This document shows positions 22,601-28,604 of a stretch of 64,000 bases of DNA, in pieces. A program made the position numbers and the translations under genes. The notes under the pieces are model-generated. The model worked only from the letters and a program-made list of their open reading frames with translations, did no database searches and was not told the origin of the DNA. The stretch comes from a virus (Duplodnaviria > Caudoviricetes): the IMG/VR virus record IMGVR_UViG_3300023174_000048, positions 138,295-202,294 of that record; one strand, 5' to 3'. Within the stretch, counting starts at the first letter, position 1. Each line of letters starts with the position of its first letter.

Positions 22601-25600
22601 CACTAATATCGTCTATCCTTGGAATATCTGTTACGTCAACTCCTGCTTTTTCATATTTTTGAAGAGCACCGGCTTTTTTCCCTGATGTGATTGCTAATGC
22701 TCCTTTTAGTTTAGCAAATTTTCTACGACCATTAGCTCCTTGAACCTCCATCATTTTTGGCAAAACATCTCCTCTGCCAGTTGATTCGGCACTTATCATG
22801 CCTCCAGGAAAATTAACTCCTGCTAATAATGCTCTAAAATCTGCTGGAAATATGCCATATCGTGCAGCATGTGCGAGCTTCTCTGCGTCGGTATCTCCTT
22901 CTCCTCTGTCCATCGATAAATTAGGAGCAACACTCACTATAATATCTTCTGCTGAAGCATTTGGATTTCTAGAAATCATATTACTTAATAAAGTATCAAA
23001 TGCTCCACGATGGCCTCTGGTCGGTGGAGCAAATCCACCAGTGTAGTATCCACCAGCCTGAACAATTTCTGGCAATTCTTCTTCAGTCTTACGTCTTAAA
23101 CCAAAACCTCCTGGTTTGCGACCAAGAACGGTTGCCCTTTTACCTAATTCATCCCTTAATATACTCTCTTCTACTGTAAAATCTCTAGGAGCAATATTTG
23201 TAATTCCTGGTTTACGACCATATAGACCTTCCCCCGTTAAATCTCTCTGAACTCTATTAGCTCCTATTTGATCTTGTTCTTCTGTTGTATTGGAACTTAA
23301 TATATATGCTCTATCAACATCTTTTAAATATGCATCTAATTTTTCTTGACTAGCAGTAGATGTTAAGACTATAACCTCATTAACTTTAGCAATATCTTCA
23401 GGGCTAAGAATTGAAGAGCGAATAGTTTTTCTTAAAGTTGCATCATCTGGAGATCCTTTTCCCGTAGCCAAACTACTTTTGCCTGATCCTGCTGCTCCAG
23501 CGATTGCTGTTAATTTTGATAAAGACTCTTCTTTTCTTGCTTGTGCTGCTAATTTTGCTAATTCTCTGCTATATAAACTAGTATTTGTAATTCCAAGTTT
23601 TTCCATGGCTGGTCCAACAATATCGGCATTTGCTGGATCTCGTAAAACATCTGTATCTATAATTCCTATATTTCTTTGTACTTTTCCACCAGCAGCATAA
23701 GTTTGTCTCTGAATACCAGCACTACCCAATAGATCAGTTAGTGTAGAATCTAAAGCTCCTTGAAGATTACTATCAAGTCTAGGATAGTTCTGAACTAGTG
23801 TTGTTAAAAATTCTTCTTTCCCACTATCTTCTATTCTATCAATATAAGATTGAGAAATACTATTATCTAATAATACCTGATTAACTTCTGGATTTAATGG
23901 TTTAAAATCTTTAGCCTTTTTAATACCAAGAGATTTTGCCCAAAGAGAGGATGCGGCGGTGGCTGCTTCGGGAGTTTTAGCAGGCTTGTCTCCCCTGCTA
24001 ATAGATCGATTTTGTTGTATAATTTGATCTAATGTTCCAACTTTGTATGAACGTCCATATACAACATCCGAACTATTATAGCTGGACTCTAAAGCATCAA
24101 ATGCATCTGCTAAATCATTATTATCTCCACTAAATAGTGAAACAACTCTTGATTTATATTTATCAAAACTCTCTGATGATCGTGTTCTTAATCCTTGAAA
24201 TAATTGATGGGTCATTTCATGATAAAAAGTATCATTTTTTCTACCAGAAAGTCTTCCGGTGCTCATGGTGATCGCGCCACGGCCAGTAGCTTTAGCTGTG
24301 GTTTGCATCTGATCCATAGCAGTTAATTCTGCTTGGTTTTTTAATTTTTTAGTATTAGATATCTTCATTTGAAGATCATTAATCTCATCCCAAGTTTGTT
24401 TAGCTAATGCTTCATCATATGAAAAAGATCCGTCATCAAAAGTTTTTACTGGTGTTTTTATTATTTTCTTCAATTCTTTTTGTTTTTCTGCTACTAATTT
24501 TTCATATCCATAAAGATCCTGGTCATTGGCCTCTGTATATCCAGAACCAGATAGGTCATAGCCAGATGTGCTTTTAGTACCCATACCCGTTCTATCAAAT
24601 TGACCAAGACCTTTTAATCCCAGATCAGTAAAATCAATATGACTTGGTAGAGCTAATGATAAATCTTCTTTTGGTAGTCCTATGAATTTAGCAAAGTCAC
24701 TCATTCTTCTATAAATAGCGCTATTAGCTAATTTACTCTTGAAAGAATCTGCAAACTGCTTTCTATCGAATGGTATTGAGTCAAAAGCTTCGGTTGCTTT
24801 TGCTTGATCCACTTTGAATCTAAAGTCTTCTGGATATTCCAAGAAGGATCCTCCACTAAAAGCTTTATCAACTTGTTCTTTATTTAGCTTGGCGTCTATT
24901 TCTTTGAAATAGGCATTACTAATTCTTTTGGGAAATGGAAAAGTTCCACTTCCAAATGATCGGGTTTCTTTTGCTTTTCCTCCGGCCATGAATTTTTGAA
25001 TTTTTCCACCAAGATTTTTTTCTGTAAATCTACCTGTTTTAAATTCATCAGATATAGTTAAAATATTTGAATCGCCTTCTATAAGTAATCTATTATATCT
25101 ATCTTTATCTCCTTGTACAATTTGTTTCTTTAACTGCTTCAATTTACCTTCATCTGCATTATTCAGATTTTTTTTCAGTTCTTCTGTAGCCTTGTTTCCA
25201 GCCTCCACAGCCGTTAGTCCTGAATCTGTTACTATTGTTTCTGGTGGTATAACCCAATCATTACTCTTTTTTCCTGTTTTTTTAACCTTACTTAATATAT
25301 TAGCATTTTTTTCATATTTTGATATTTGATCTAATTTTGCTTGACTGACTTTACTTTCTCCAGTTTTTTTAGAGTTAGCTCTCTCGCCCATAGTCTCATA
25401 TGCATCAAAACCTCCTACTCTGAATTCTACTTCAAAAGGCTTTGGTCTAGGAATAGCAGTTGCAATAAAGCTATCTCCATCTTTTACTTTTTTAATACTT
25501 TCAAGTGATCTTATCTCAACAGCACCACCGCTAGCAAACCCTTTTCTTCGGTTTGATCCTCCAGCTCTTATACTTCCTCCACCACCATACTTATTCATAT

Positions 25601-27299
25601 TATGAAGATTATCCGATCCTATAGTCTCAACAGCTTTTTTTCGTATCACAAATTCTCCTGGCTCTAACATTGCAGGAACAGTATCTCCACTACCAGTGCC
25701 TGGAACAACACCTCCTCTTGCGAATTTTCTAATTACTCCACCACTAGCTTTACCATCTGGTCCTCTTTTAACTCCAGTACTAAAACCACTAGCAAATTGA
25801 GTTAAAGCTTTGGCGCCCTTAAATGCTGTTATAACAGCAAGAGCGGGTAATATTCCTTTAACAGCATCTGTCACTTTAATTAGTCCACTAGCTAAACTTA
25901 AAGCTCCTCTTATTAATGACTGAAAACCTTTTGATTGTCCTATTTCTCTGAATAGAGCAAAAAACTCTTGTCTTACTTTGCTAATTTGATTGGCCAAAGA
26001 AAGTTGTGCTGTTGCAGCATCTTTCGCTAATGATCCTTGACCAGCTTGTGCAGTCTTTAATGCTTCTTGAGCAACTGTGAACTGCTGAATAAGCGGAATA
26101 ACTTTACCAATTTGTCGGAATCCACCAAGTTCTTCAACTATCTTAGAGAACTGAGCAGTTCTTGGATCAATTCCACTCAATCCCTTACTTAATAATTCAA
26201 CAGCTTTATAGGCTCCTACGAATTTACCTTCGGTATCAGTTAGATTAACTCCAAACTCTTTGAGAGAATCAATTGTGCTTCCTCTCTGAATACGAGTAAA
26301 AATAGTTCTTAAGCCAGTAGCAATAGTTTCAGCACTTTCACGAGTTGTAGCACGAACACTTGTGAACACTGCTATAAATTCATTTAAAGCATCCTTACCT
26401 TCACTAACTCCTTTACTTGCAGTTGCAAATACGCTACCCGTTCTTTGAACAGCAGTAATAATGTCAGAAGATTCAACAGCGAATCTTGCAGCAACAGTAT
26501 TTACAGCACCTAGTGCTCCTTCTAAATCATCAGCACTAATACCAAACTGTCTCATTAATGCGATACTTCCTTCTACTGTCTCATTCATATTATCAAATGA
26601 TGGAGCTAAACTACTTAAAGCTAAAGCTCTTAATGCTTTTTCTGTTTCTCTCGCACTCAAACCAGCCTGTGCTAATGTAGAAGCAACAGAGGTTAAATCT
26701 TTAGAACTAACACCAAATGTTGTTGACAGATTTGTAATTTGTTCTTGTAGTTTTGCAAGGCCAGATGACGATTCTCCGGTTACCTGTTGTAATTTAACTA
26801 ATTCTTTATCATAATCAATAAATGCTTGAACACCCTGACTAATACTATTTGTTAATCCGTATATAACACTAGTAACAGTACTAAATGCTACGAATCTTCT
26901 AATGGCAAGACCAGCCTGTTTACCGAACTCTTGCATCTCTGCTGATGCTGATCCAAGATCTTTTGCTGACGAGGCTGATGCTTTGTTAAGTTTATTAACA
27001 GCATTAGCTGCTGCATTTATTTGTTGTGGAACGTTATTTATTTTGACGCTATTTATGCTGTTACCAAAAGCTTTGATAGCTGCTGAAGCAGCAGTAGCAG
27101 ACGTTGTCGTTGAACCAAATGCGGCATTTAAGCCTTTGAGAGACGATGACAAAGCCGCAACATTTTTAGTAACAGCAGGATCAAGCTTAAAAGTAATATT
27201 TGCATTAATGTTACCAAGATCTTTTTTAATTTGTGCAGCAATTTGCTTTACATTTGTTGGTCCTTGTAAATTCAGTTGTGCAGTTAAGTTGAATGCCAT
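10602..27299 (-). CDS. Giant tape measure protein (5565 aa) with embedded enzymatic cargo domains
   Basis: Follows the tail tube and chaperones. TP901-like core near the N-terminus (RRFVAFS..QAFIDYDKELVKLQQVTG..LAQAGL..ETIATGLRTIFTRI), long A/K/E helical stretches and four DTVPA(M/L)LxPGEFV repeats. Confidence 0.9.
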   Translation of the reverse strand: MAFNLTAQLNLQGPTNVKQIAAQIKKDLGNINANITFKLDPAVTKNVAALSSSLKGLNAAFGSTTTSATAASAAIKAFGNSINSVKINNVPQQINAAANAVNKLNKASASSAKDLGSASAEMQEFGKQAGLAIRRFVAFSTVTSVIYGLTNSISQGVQAFIDYDKELVKLQQVTGESSSGLAKLQEQITNLSTTFGVSSKDLTSVASTLAQAGLSARETEKALRALALSSLAPSFDNMNETVEGSIALMRQFGISADDLEGALGAVNTVAARFAVESSDIITAVQRTGSVFATASKGVSEGKDALNEFIAVFTSVRATTRESAETIATGLRTIFTRIQRGSTIDSLKEFGVNLTDTEGKFVGAYKAVELLSKGLSGIDPRTAQFSKIVEELGGFRQIGKVIPLIQQFTVAQEALKTAQAGQGSLAKDAATAQLSLANQISKVRQEFFALFREIGQSKGFQSLIRGALSLASGLIKVTDAVKGILPALAVITAFKGAKALTQFASGFSTGVKRGPDGKASGGVIRKFARGGVVPGTGSGDTVPAMLEPGEFVIRKKAVETIGSDNLHNMNKYGGGGSIRAGGSNRRKGFASGGAVEIRSLESIKKVKDGDSFIATAIPRPKPFEVEFRVGGFDAYETMGERANSKKTGESKVSQAKLDQISKYEKNANILSKVKKTGKKSNDWVIPPETIVTDSGLTAVEAGNKATEELKKNLNNADEGKLKQLKKQIVQGDKDRYNRLLIEGDSNILTISDEFKTGRFTEKNLGGKIQKFMAGGKAKETRSFGSGTFPFPKRISNAYFKEIDAKLNKEQVDKAFSGGSFLEYPEDFRFKVDQAKATEAFDSIPFDRKQFADSFKSKLANSAIYRRMSDFAKFIGLPKEDLSLALPSHIDFTDLGLKGLGQFDRTGMGTKSTSGYDLSGSGYTEANDQDLYGYEKLVAEKQKELKKIIKTPVKTFDDGSFSYDEALAKQTWDEINDLQMKISNTKKLKNQAELTAMDQMQTTAKATGRGAITMSTGRLSGRKNDTFYHEMTHQLFQGLRTRSSESFDKYKSRVVSLFSGDNNDLADAFDALESSYNSSDVVYGRSYKVGTLDQIIQQNRSISRGDKPAKTPEAATAASSLWAKSLGIKKAKDFKPLNPEVNQVLLDNSISQSYIDRIEDSGKEEFLTTLVQNYPRLDSNLQGALDSTLTDLLGSAGIQRQTYAAGGKVQRNIGIIDTDVLRDPANADIVGPAMEKLGITNTSLYSRELAKLAAQARKEESLSKLTAIAGAAGSGKSSLATGKGSPDDATLRKTIRSSILSPEDIAKVNEVIVLTSTASQEKLDAYLKDVDRAYILSSNTTEEQDQIGANRVQRDLTGEGLYGRKPGITNIAPRDFTVEESILRDELGKRATVLGRKPGGFGLRRKTEEELPEIVQAGGYYTGGFAPPTRGHRGAFDTLLSNMISRNPNASAEDIIVSVAPNLSMDRGEGDTDAEKLAHAARYGIFPADFRALLAGVNFPGGMISAESTGRGDVLPKMMEVQGANGRRKFAKLKGALAITSGKKAGALQKYEKAGVDVTDIPRIDDISATKVRQAVINGDDEALTSFVSPEVASVLMGNRAQLRNRSVMVPMLIEEITKYGANQKAQTNAEIQKMLAEAPGGPYGKNITQRVRDNAPDVVAQIEAMREKRDELSSSLLGYRAHNIISLLSAKYPDAYGLDPSRRASVSAQPSDLSKDVISAQLSEGMAGEFSGVPTAMPSGLQEAILKNVEKATQVKKSSGILPAQGTEILKRFGTDRLPNDASFGPFSGKTVRDTAEGGKLKYWNSAFRPETKADKLAYYIATRDYLIDKFNESQGTQKATSLAETTSAVLSSKQLGLVGLNPLGYTGLLGPETWNLGVDSSGQERSIDASIVQRGLPNQYQNVIDYLSGQTEEIVGGAAKLLGISPKKLTKKQRETLGQGNIEGALLEQIFGSADATILDDALRTRPIDFPMGIGSKAAKIFGIDPDIPTEVKRTIDSNSRGKAVEEFQKHFRQQYGIPEPVKEDIQMLSEGGWVRGSYSPPDIAARAKTLGMSQEELTAKLEERLDNRYKDYAIPDWEINKRFGLIPSKKTSPEQERYELAQANKQKRIQEAMEKQGRKPKEFETKTNDEKMWRKNRGYATGGQVKLYHGSNTGVDDSVLKSFKEKGALSNIAKGYGQGEGFYLYTEKNKAEQQAKMRVNGGSNFTVAQGDRSGKPMVLSFDETLDPKTYDLDYELQKGLVVQWMHDNYDTLKDKYAPTENQTGLKGKFDKNPDAGMMSVGVRVQEGSQTLKSEDGTEFTLPGGSRKSIYAGSEGDVREGALLGQLMSRIQSGDPELVNSFESKLFEKPLGLALKYVGSSPLKPTNIETFAQGGQAGISSKDTVPALLTPGEFVVNKKAAEKIGYGKLETLNKADKLQGYNKGGVVGGGVIQRFATGGSVFSIEEIMKGLKGFAEPAVQKLKTRPETIDSKSIEASSELVNNIKLLTKGFEEAGYSMISFKKVLEQVGAGADISYKDIEKAMTKDVERLKITGASIDTIIAAEKALKNVRDQAKTAVAKRQFLEAGLKESKTGKVLGSGGAQQAILTEAEKKEKLITAQRKSQIEKDLIKKDPSLLGDKDKLERRTNRRLEKEQRQIKEQAFSSATEKVTGIKRSELSGMGIGGADIQSYVSQSMTDRKTLAQMDKQLIAMRLEEYKNAGTVRGVSVKSASEALSLAKEEVSKRREMINEMAKEQGEKGVGAGGLTDIRNSPIKKAVQERYFSGTMSQGIGTALGDVGMVAGLVGGQGKNIANLMYDTSTDEGKIAAAGKGAAIEQAGSTLATGLTTASQLMAINPLLGGLTALGTVVYAATDYFTDFTGAQETAALEMEKNLRFEEVAASEKDLAKAFKDFEKDLGNIDLQKALDKALVRSSESSLKAVSAETKVAQNEKGKTRTWTEFLSGAEKPKMDTQDFNELDSKIAERNADSGDKAFALISQKINTGASVESIQADKELIGARRALVLADEDALKTVRARIMEEGGYEKVSKEKQDAILDEVANQKILTNVQVQSAIKTKQMSDALEAADKAGRKLAASFEKLSNIISESVNRIKFESDVRKSSAEKSRSALRGQSEDNGPKLRELNVLENPNAYSEKDFNQALQSATAGVDEKTRNQLIGGAQLQQQLPNAITKSIAEKLSTKGSLGVEEAKTEAIKTTNEQIDKTNLSDEQKTSLKKQAETRINNLAEEAKKKNDTPQAELDAFREGLGDADNILGAFGVKTLEAVKALSSFKQGALADFSEGLRDASKAAKDAQNYFKKARDIRAQGDMNLREVMTGVGETYDEKQARVMGDVAGLAGGETSVGGIKNRIVDLQAQRTAVEEKRQGMSDPDELKKSAIQLRSLDDQLRDTREALDTLASSTELVEKAFDDLKNVRDLQKNRESFVNTLLTNTPEEADKLNKTFIRLQRNLSGGLNGASNQRDARKAFNQTLRETGSVREATKAGNTVLANQRKETLALSQDPGVRAAQELNIRNQYAQGKGKPGVSADQAVADYFKQQQLQLTKSMAIESGMMNNPLVQQSIAAMENPNADPAMKEASSKYLQSVGLQADATKAQGELALLESQQALVSANANLKVSIDDLRTTVEASMLNNDMNEGRINAPGGAKVPLNIGVAAPVAPPKARGGLIYASEGQLVNFQPQGTDTVPAMLTPGEFVINARSTSEHLPLLKAINSGNYSKGGVVYLAQGGEVQKRKEERIDAQKESWMMSEATGGRPDEVVSRTSSSWAQSQVGDGRWMGMTEDERQSEAKKYEPEFQNRWDNYNNKENDAQLRSANDAGYGSIKEDPNSAIVGANFFNEEKKRATERFEKARDAETAALNTPIAQTSLSPQEFSQPVIQPSLPVPLVRADVIPWGRGTTTKIRPTQEAIDEKKKIKSEDSRRRSLWMKGSKGRSPEEETEYATLKSNQIKREVGPYTVEKDRNISSLVNSAYRKGAQSNEITPEERSALKELGSDRRNRGSLRALSFSAALPPITSNAVNPSGLDPATASRINEGYSRPSNEQQAAQQNAAIESGIRQQYTTARPDITDPAVSSGVQTGLASYTTNKVLQKPDPNDPKYQTRNPLEGMVNRIADNRAYEAQQTQQATQTNTSVNLRTPEIKNQDGRLGVNIGPMVPSPRVSLPGDYVAGTNYTYGGDPNTPRFESQKTTRDRESSRRDWFNFPLGSPSNVLATETMIKYPNQLFMPNSQINSYQSVGATDPLEYSNDPKIRAKAETQNVYRITASPGLSSSIQTATTSSDTKKKREADSAITSTKIGIEKRAQIAAQEQAFDVEFNQLLESGAWRDDEGNREAYKKQRRQQVINERNKAKEDAQTAEIDNKFNKFLAEGKVKEEQRDKYRDEQRSYMPKPYKESVASYKVPTTEQLLQDQANSEAIAQFEGAQQVSAAEKVRAQQQKAEEDRQASLYINSSNPATAAVGYVGGVTQGIGDALYGAANITAGAVATVASPIVGGIGYAMSGDDTAFKIGDENNLRNRTAENMYDEARANGRPMPSPQEIAAAQDVAAIRARTFTANSDRLNNQQGAYSAATSAAADVGLRAMGAGATSFVEAGQAVAGMGPIQTGEQTALQRNDARNVELAGGMDSWAGFGTAFAQTTAYGSTQGAGALVNAEGAVFNVAGRMAGAAGRVASRIPGVSSVGRAAGKIPGAASVGRVAGTVDRAITSTARGAGRLGGRIPGARGAGRAVNNFVEGVQDVATQMGDVIGVRGIAPSYSRPNLNRSGTTSSYKNLKPAKPVTFPESAPTKIRSIDDINPLEYDGNYGRLAAKAKAARSRALDEKLSNIDLTMPTPGPQVKPKITAAQYQQIQDLVNQGVPNSTATQSVLGKAKTTVAGPSIVKPKPTKPTIPTKPVKPTTATKSKVNVTDPVSFRQVQENLASDLADYVTPARRNKFLSEFVEKSTPQSVSVDLDKINASRQIKGINRPVTNSSKVGMTTAESKLVFGSQYADESIVKHELGHLFQKSTKGSKKDPFGKRSLQKSPLMKEIEKFVDDPSGLSSISGGKSKNGYSSSAIKKNPSELLTTLVENIEKVKGNKIAERILKKLMKFHGYNKGGLVRYYGNGGHVDDHDSHDSHGHHGMTTSSLAGNAASTGLSAVATRGRNPLNMRTMGSNLDAHFGTGHTATLVGEGIDMIGEARHTAHSVGHGAKVFGLGTSSPAAATGIGAVAAYGGYAAGSYASEAAAIMSGEKTAEDYAKENDRQRQQGYAQNFGENMFSPGRAAAQLVVETESTTRQMADNAAESKRIEQRTQELGAQGLIPDHYTQSQEYKKAERERQIQNVPKPAGGRMMYASGGLVYANNGALVPSLSQGTDTVPAMLTPGEFVVNRESSQQHMPLLNAINSGHFNRGGIVNYLANGGIVAPKYYAEAGLVSGGSGGSSGSSGVSNDISSSISAAVGQAMNQLSTALESGMETYSQMIQSSTETLNNFGQTFSSASQTIASSANTWSETASQIPTSLTAEINGTQSVRLDVGSVQNHASAAGKSAGESAGHYAGAITSQNTVAKYDRTQFEGNLNSAANNRPMRT
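11990..12600 (-). other. TMP domain: second HExxH zinc metallopeptidase-like domain
   Basis: KHELGH at 12306..12320 (aa ~4994) and downstream NPSELLTTLVE, paralleling EEFLTTLVQ of the first copy. Boundaries approximate. Confidence 0.55.
20200..20880 (-). other. TMP domain: ADP-ribosyltransferase-like (H-Y-acidic clade)
   Basis: KLYHGS (H ~aa 2150), GEGFYLY (Y ~aa 2184), later DLDYE. Begins directly after YATGG. Confidence 0.55.
21240..21920 (-). other. TMP domain: PD-(D/E)xK restriction-endonuclease-like
   Basis: GALLEQ (E ~1948), RPIDFP (D ~1969), PTEVKR (E-x-K ~1991-1993). Boundaries approximate. Confidence 0.5.
22500..23050 (-). other. TMP domain: HxGH nucleotidyltransferase (NMNAT/cytidylyltransferase-like)
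   Basis: YTGGFAPPTRGH (23010..23039) and C-terminal ISATKVR (~22588..22608), matching the (T/H)xGH and ISSTxIR signatures. Confidence 0.7.
23060..23690 (-). other. TMP domain: P-loop small-molecule/nucleotide kinase-like
   Basis: Walker A GAAGSGKS at 23475..23498 after a hydrophobic strand (LTAIA), and a lid-like NRVQRD. Confidence 0.6.
23700..24975 (-). other. TMP domain: first HExxH zinc metallopeptidase-like domain
   Basis: FYHEMTH at 24207..24221 (aa ~1027) and distal GKEEFLTTLVQ (~23796..23820). Bounded by FMAGG and YAAGG. Confidence 0.6.
25040..25520 (-). other. TMP domain: staphylococcal nuclease (SNase/thermonuclease)-like
   Basis: KVKDGDSF (25470..25481), FRVGGFDAYET, AGNKATEELK and DKDRYNRLL, in the SNase order DGDT / R..GIDAPE / G..A / DRYGR.L. 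Confidence 0.7.
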
Positions 27300-27329
27300 A
27301 ATTTGATTGTCCTAATTAATTATTTAGCT

Positions 27330-27374
27330 AAAAAAATATTCCCAGCCACAAGAAAAATCTCATGATTGGGAATA
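27330..27374 (-). terminator. Intrinsic terminator between the tail chaperone and TMP
   Basis: Minus-strand RNA UAUUCCCAAUCAUGAGA-UUUU-UCUUGUGGCUGGGAAUA followed by U7. Confidence 0.7.
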
Positions 27375-27401
27375 CTAAAAAGAAGAATTATGTTATAAAA
27401 A

Positions 27402-28301
27402 CTAAGCTGGAGCAACCTCTTTTGATTCAGAAACGACGGGCTGAGCTGGTTGAGTCTCTGGCTCGACTGTTTCTGTTTTTGCTGTTGGTTCATCTTTTTT
27501 GTCTTCTTCTAAGATAACTGGGTTTCCGTTTTCATCTAGGAACGGCTGTGCATCAACGAGATAATCTCCATCAGAAGTTACTCTGTTACCATACTTATCA
27601 ACAAAGTTACCTTCTTCGTCTATAAATCGTCCACTCTCATCAATTAGCCTACTTTCCGCATCAATTAGTCTGCCCTTCTTGTCTACTAATCGTAGCTTAT
27701 CGTCAACAAACTTAAACTTCTTTAAGAATTTGTTTTCTGGTAAATTACTTTCATAGTCATTATCCAAACCATACAGCATATTGGCCAAGTTTTGTGCTCC
27801 TAGTAGTCCAACCTGATCAGTTGATCTATTAAGATAGTCTTCCATATTGTTGAAATACGGTTGCTTGCTATCATTATACACCACACAAACACTAACTAAA
27901 TAGTTAAATCTAGCATTATCAGCTTGACCTTCGGCACTATGGTTGTCTAGAGATGTACGAACACTGATAAGATCTCGTATTTCATCTCTGACGCCCTTCA
28001 TTTTAATTGCAAGGTCTTTGGCTTCGTTTAAACTAAATCCACCCTTAGCAAGTCTCTTCTCGCCATCAAGCAACTCTTTTTGCAAGGTGGTGAACTTAGC
28101 CTGTTTTTCATCGTTCCATAAACCCTGATCTTCTAATAGATCATCTAATTTTGCCCTCACAACACTTTTGCTTTTAATAGCATCAGTAAAAGCTTGATTA
28201 TAAACTTTTTGGGCTTCTCTTTGATCATTTAAAGACGGTGTTTTAACAAGAAACTCTTTTTCTGCACCATCAACTGTTGTCTTAAAAGTCTTAGTCTTCA
28301 T
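27402..28301 (-). CDS. Putative tail assembly chaperone
   Basis: Directly upstream of TMP. Start moved to MKTKTF (GGAG SD upstream). Contains short D..GR.ID..G repeats and an acidic tail. Confidence 0.55.
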   Translation of the reverse strand: MKTKTFKTTVDGAEKEFLVKTPSLNDQREAQKVYNQAFTDAIKSKSVVRAKLDDLLEDQGLWNDEKQAKFTTLQKELLDGEKRLAKGGFSLNEAKDLAIKMKGVRDEIRDLISVRTSLDNHSAEGQADNARFNYLVSVCVVYNDSKQPYFNNMEDYLNRSTDQVGLLGAQNLANMLYGLDNDYESNLPENKFLKKFKFVDDKLRLVDKKGRLIDAESRLIDESGRFIDEEGNFVDKYGNRVTSDGDYLVDAQPFLDENGNPVILEEDKKDEPTAKTETVEPETQPAQPVVSESKEVAPA

Positions 28302-28593
28302 ATCTATCTCCTTCTTTCTTTTTATCAAAGTTAAATTGATATTTTTGTTTTACTGTTCCGTTATTTCCAAAATAATTGCTAAGATCATCAATTGCTGATC
28401 GTGCTTGTTTATTTCCATTATTGAGTATGCTATTTCTAGCATATTCCCACATATCTTCAAATTCTTCAGCTTCTTTGCTATCATTTTCCCATAAATGTCC
28501 AAAAATAGCTTCGAATCTTGCTAGTGAGCCAATCATTGTGGTTTGAAATTTTTTATATACATTATCTACTAATATTTTTTGTTCGTTTGTCAT
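28291..28593 (-). CDS. Hypothetical protein (tail chaperone region)
   Basis: 100-aa ORF co-oriented with the operon; its end overlaps the next start. Confidence 0.5.
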   Translation of the reverse strand: MTNEQKILVDNVYKKFQTTMIGSLARFEAIFGHLWENDSKEAEEFEDMWEYARNSILNNGNKQARSAIDDLSNYFGNNGTVKQKYQFNFDKKKEGDRYED

Positions 28594-28604
28594 GGTGTTA
28601 CTTT

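Noticed and set aside
28290-28330. Possible programmed -1 frameshift (T AAA AAG) in the tail-chaperone region
   Set aside because: The -1 frame hits TAG within a few codons. The downstream ORF is in the +1 frame and has its own GGAG-ATG.
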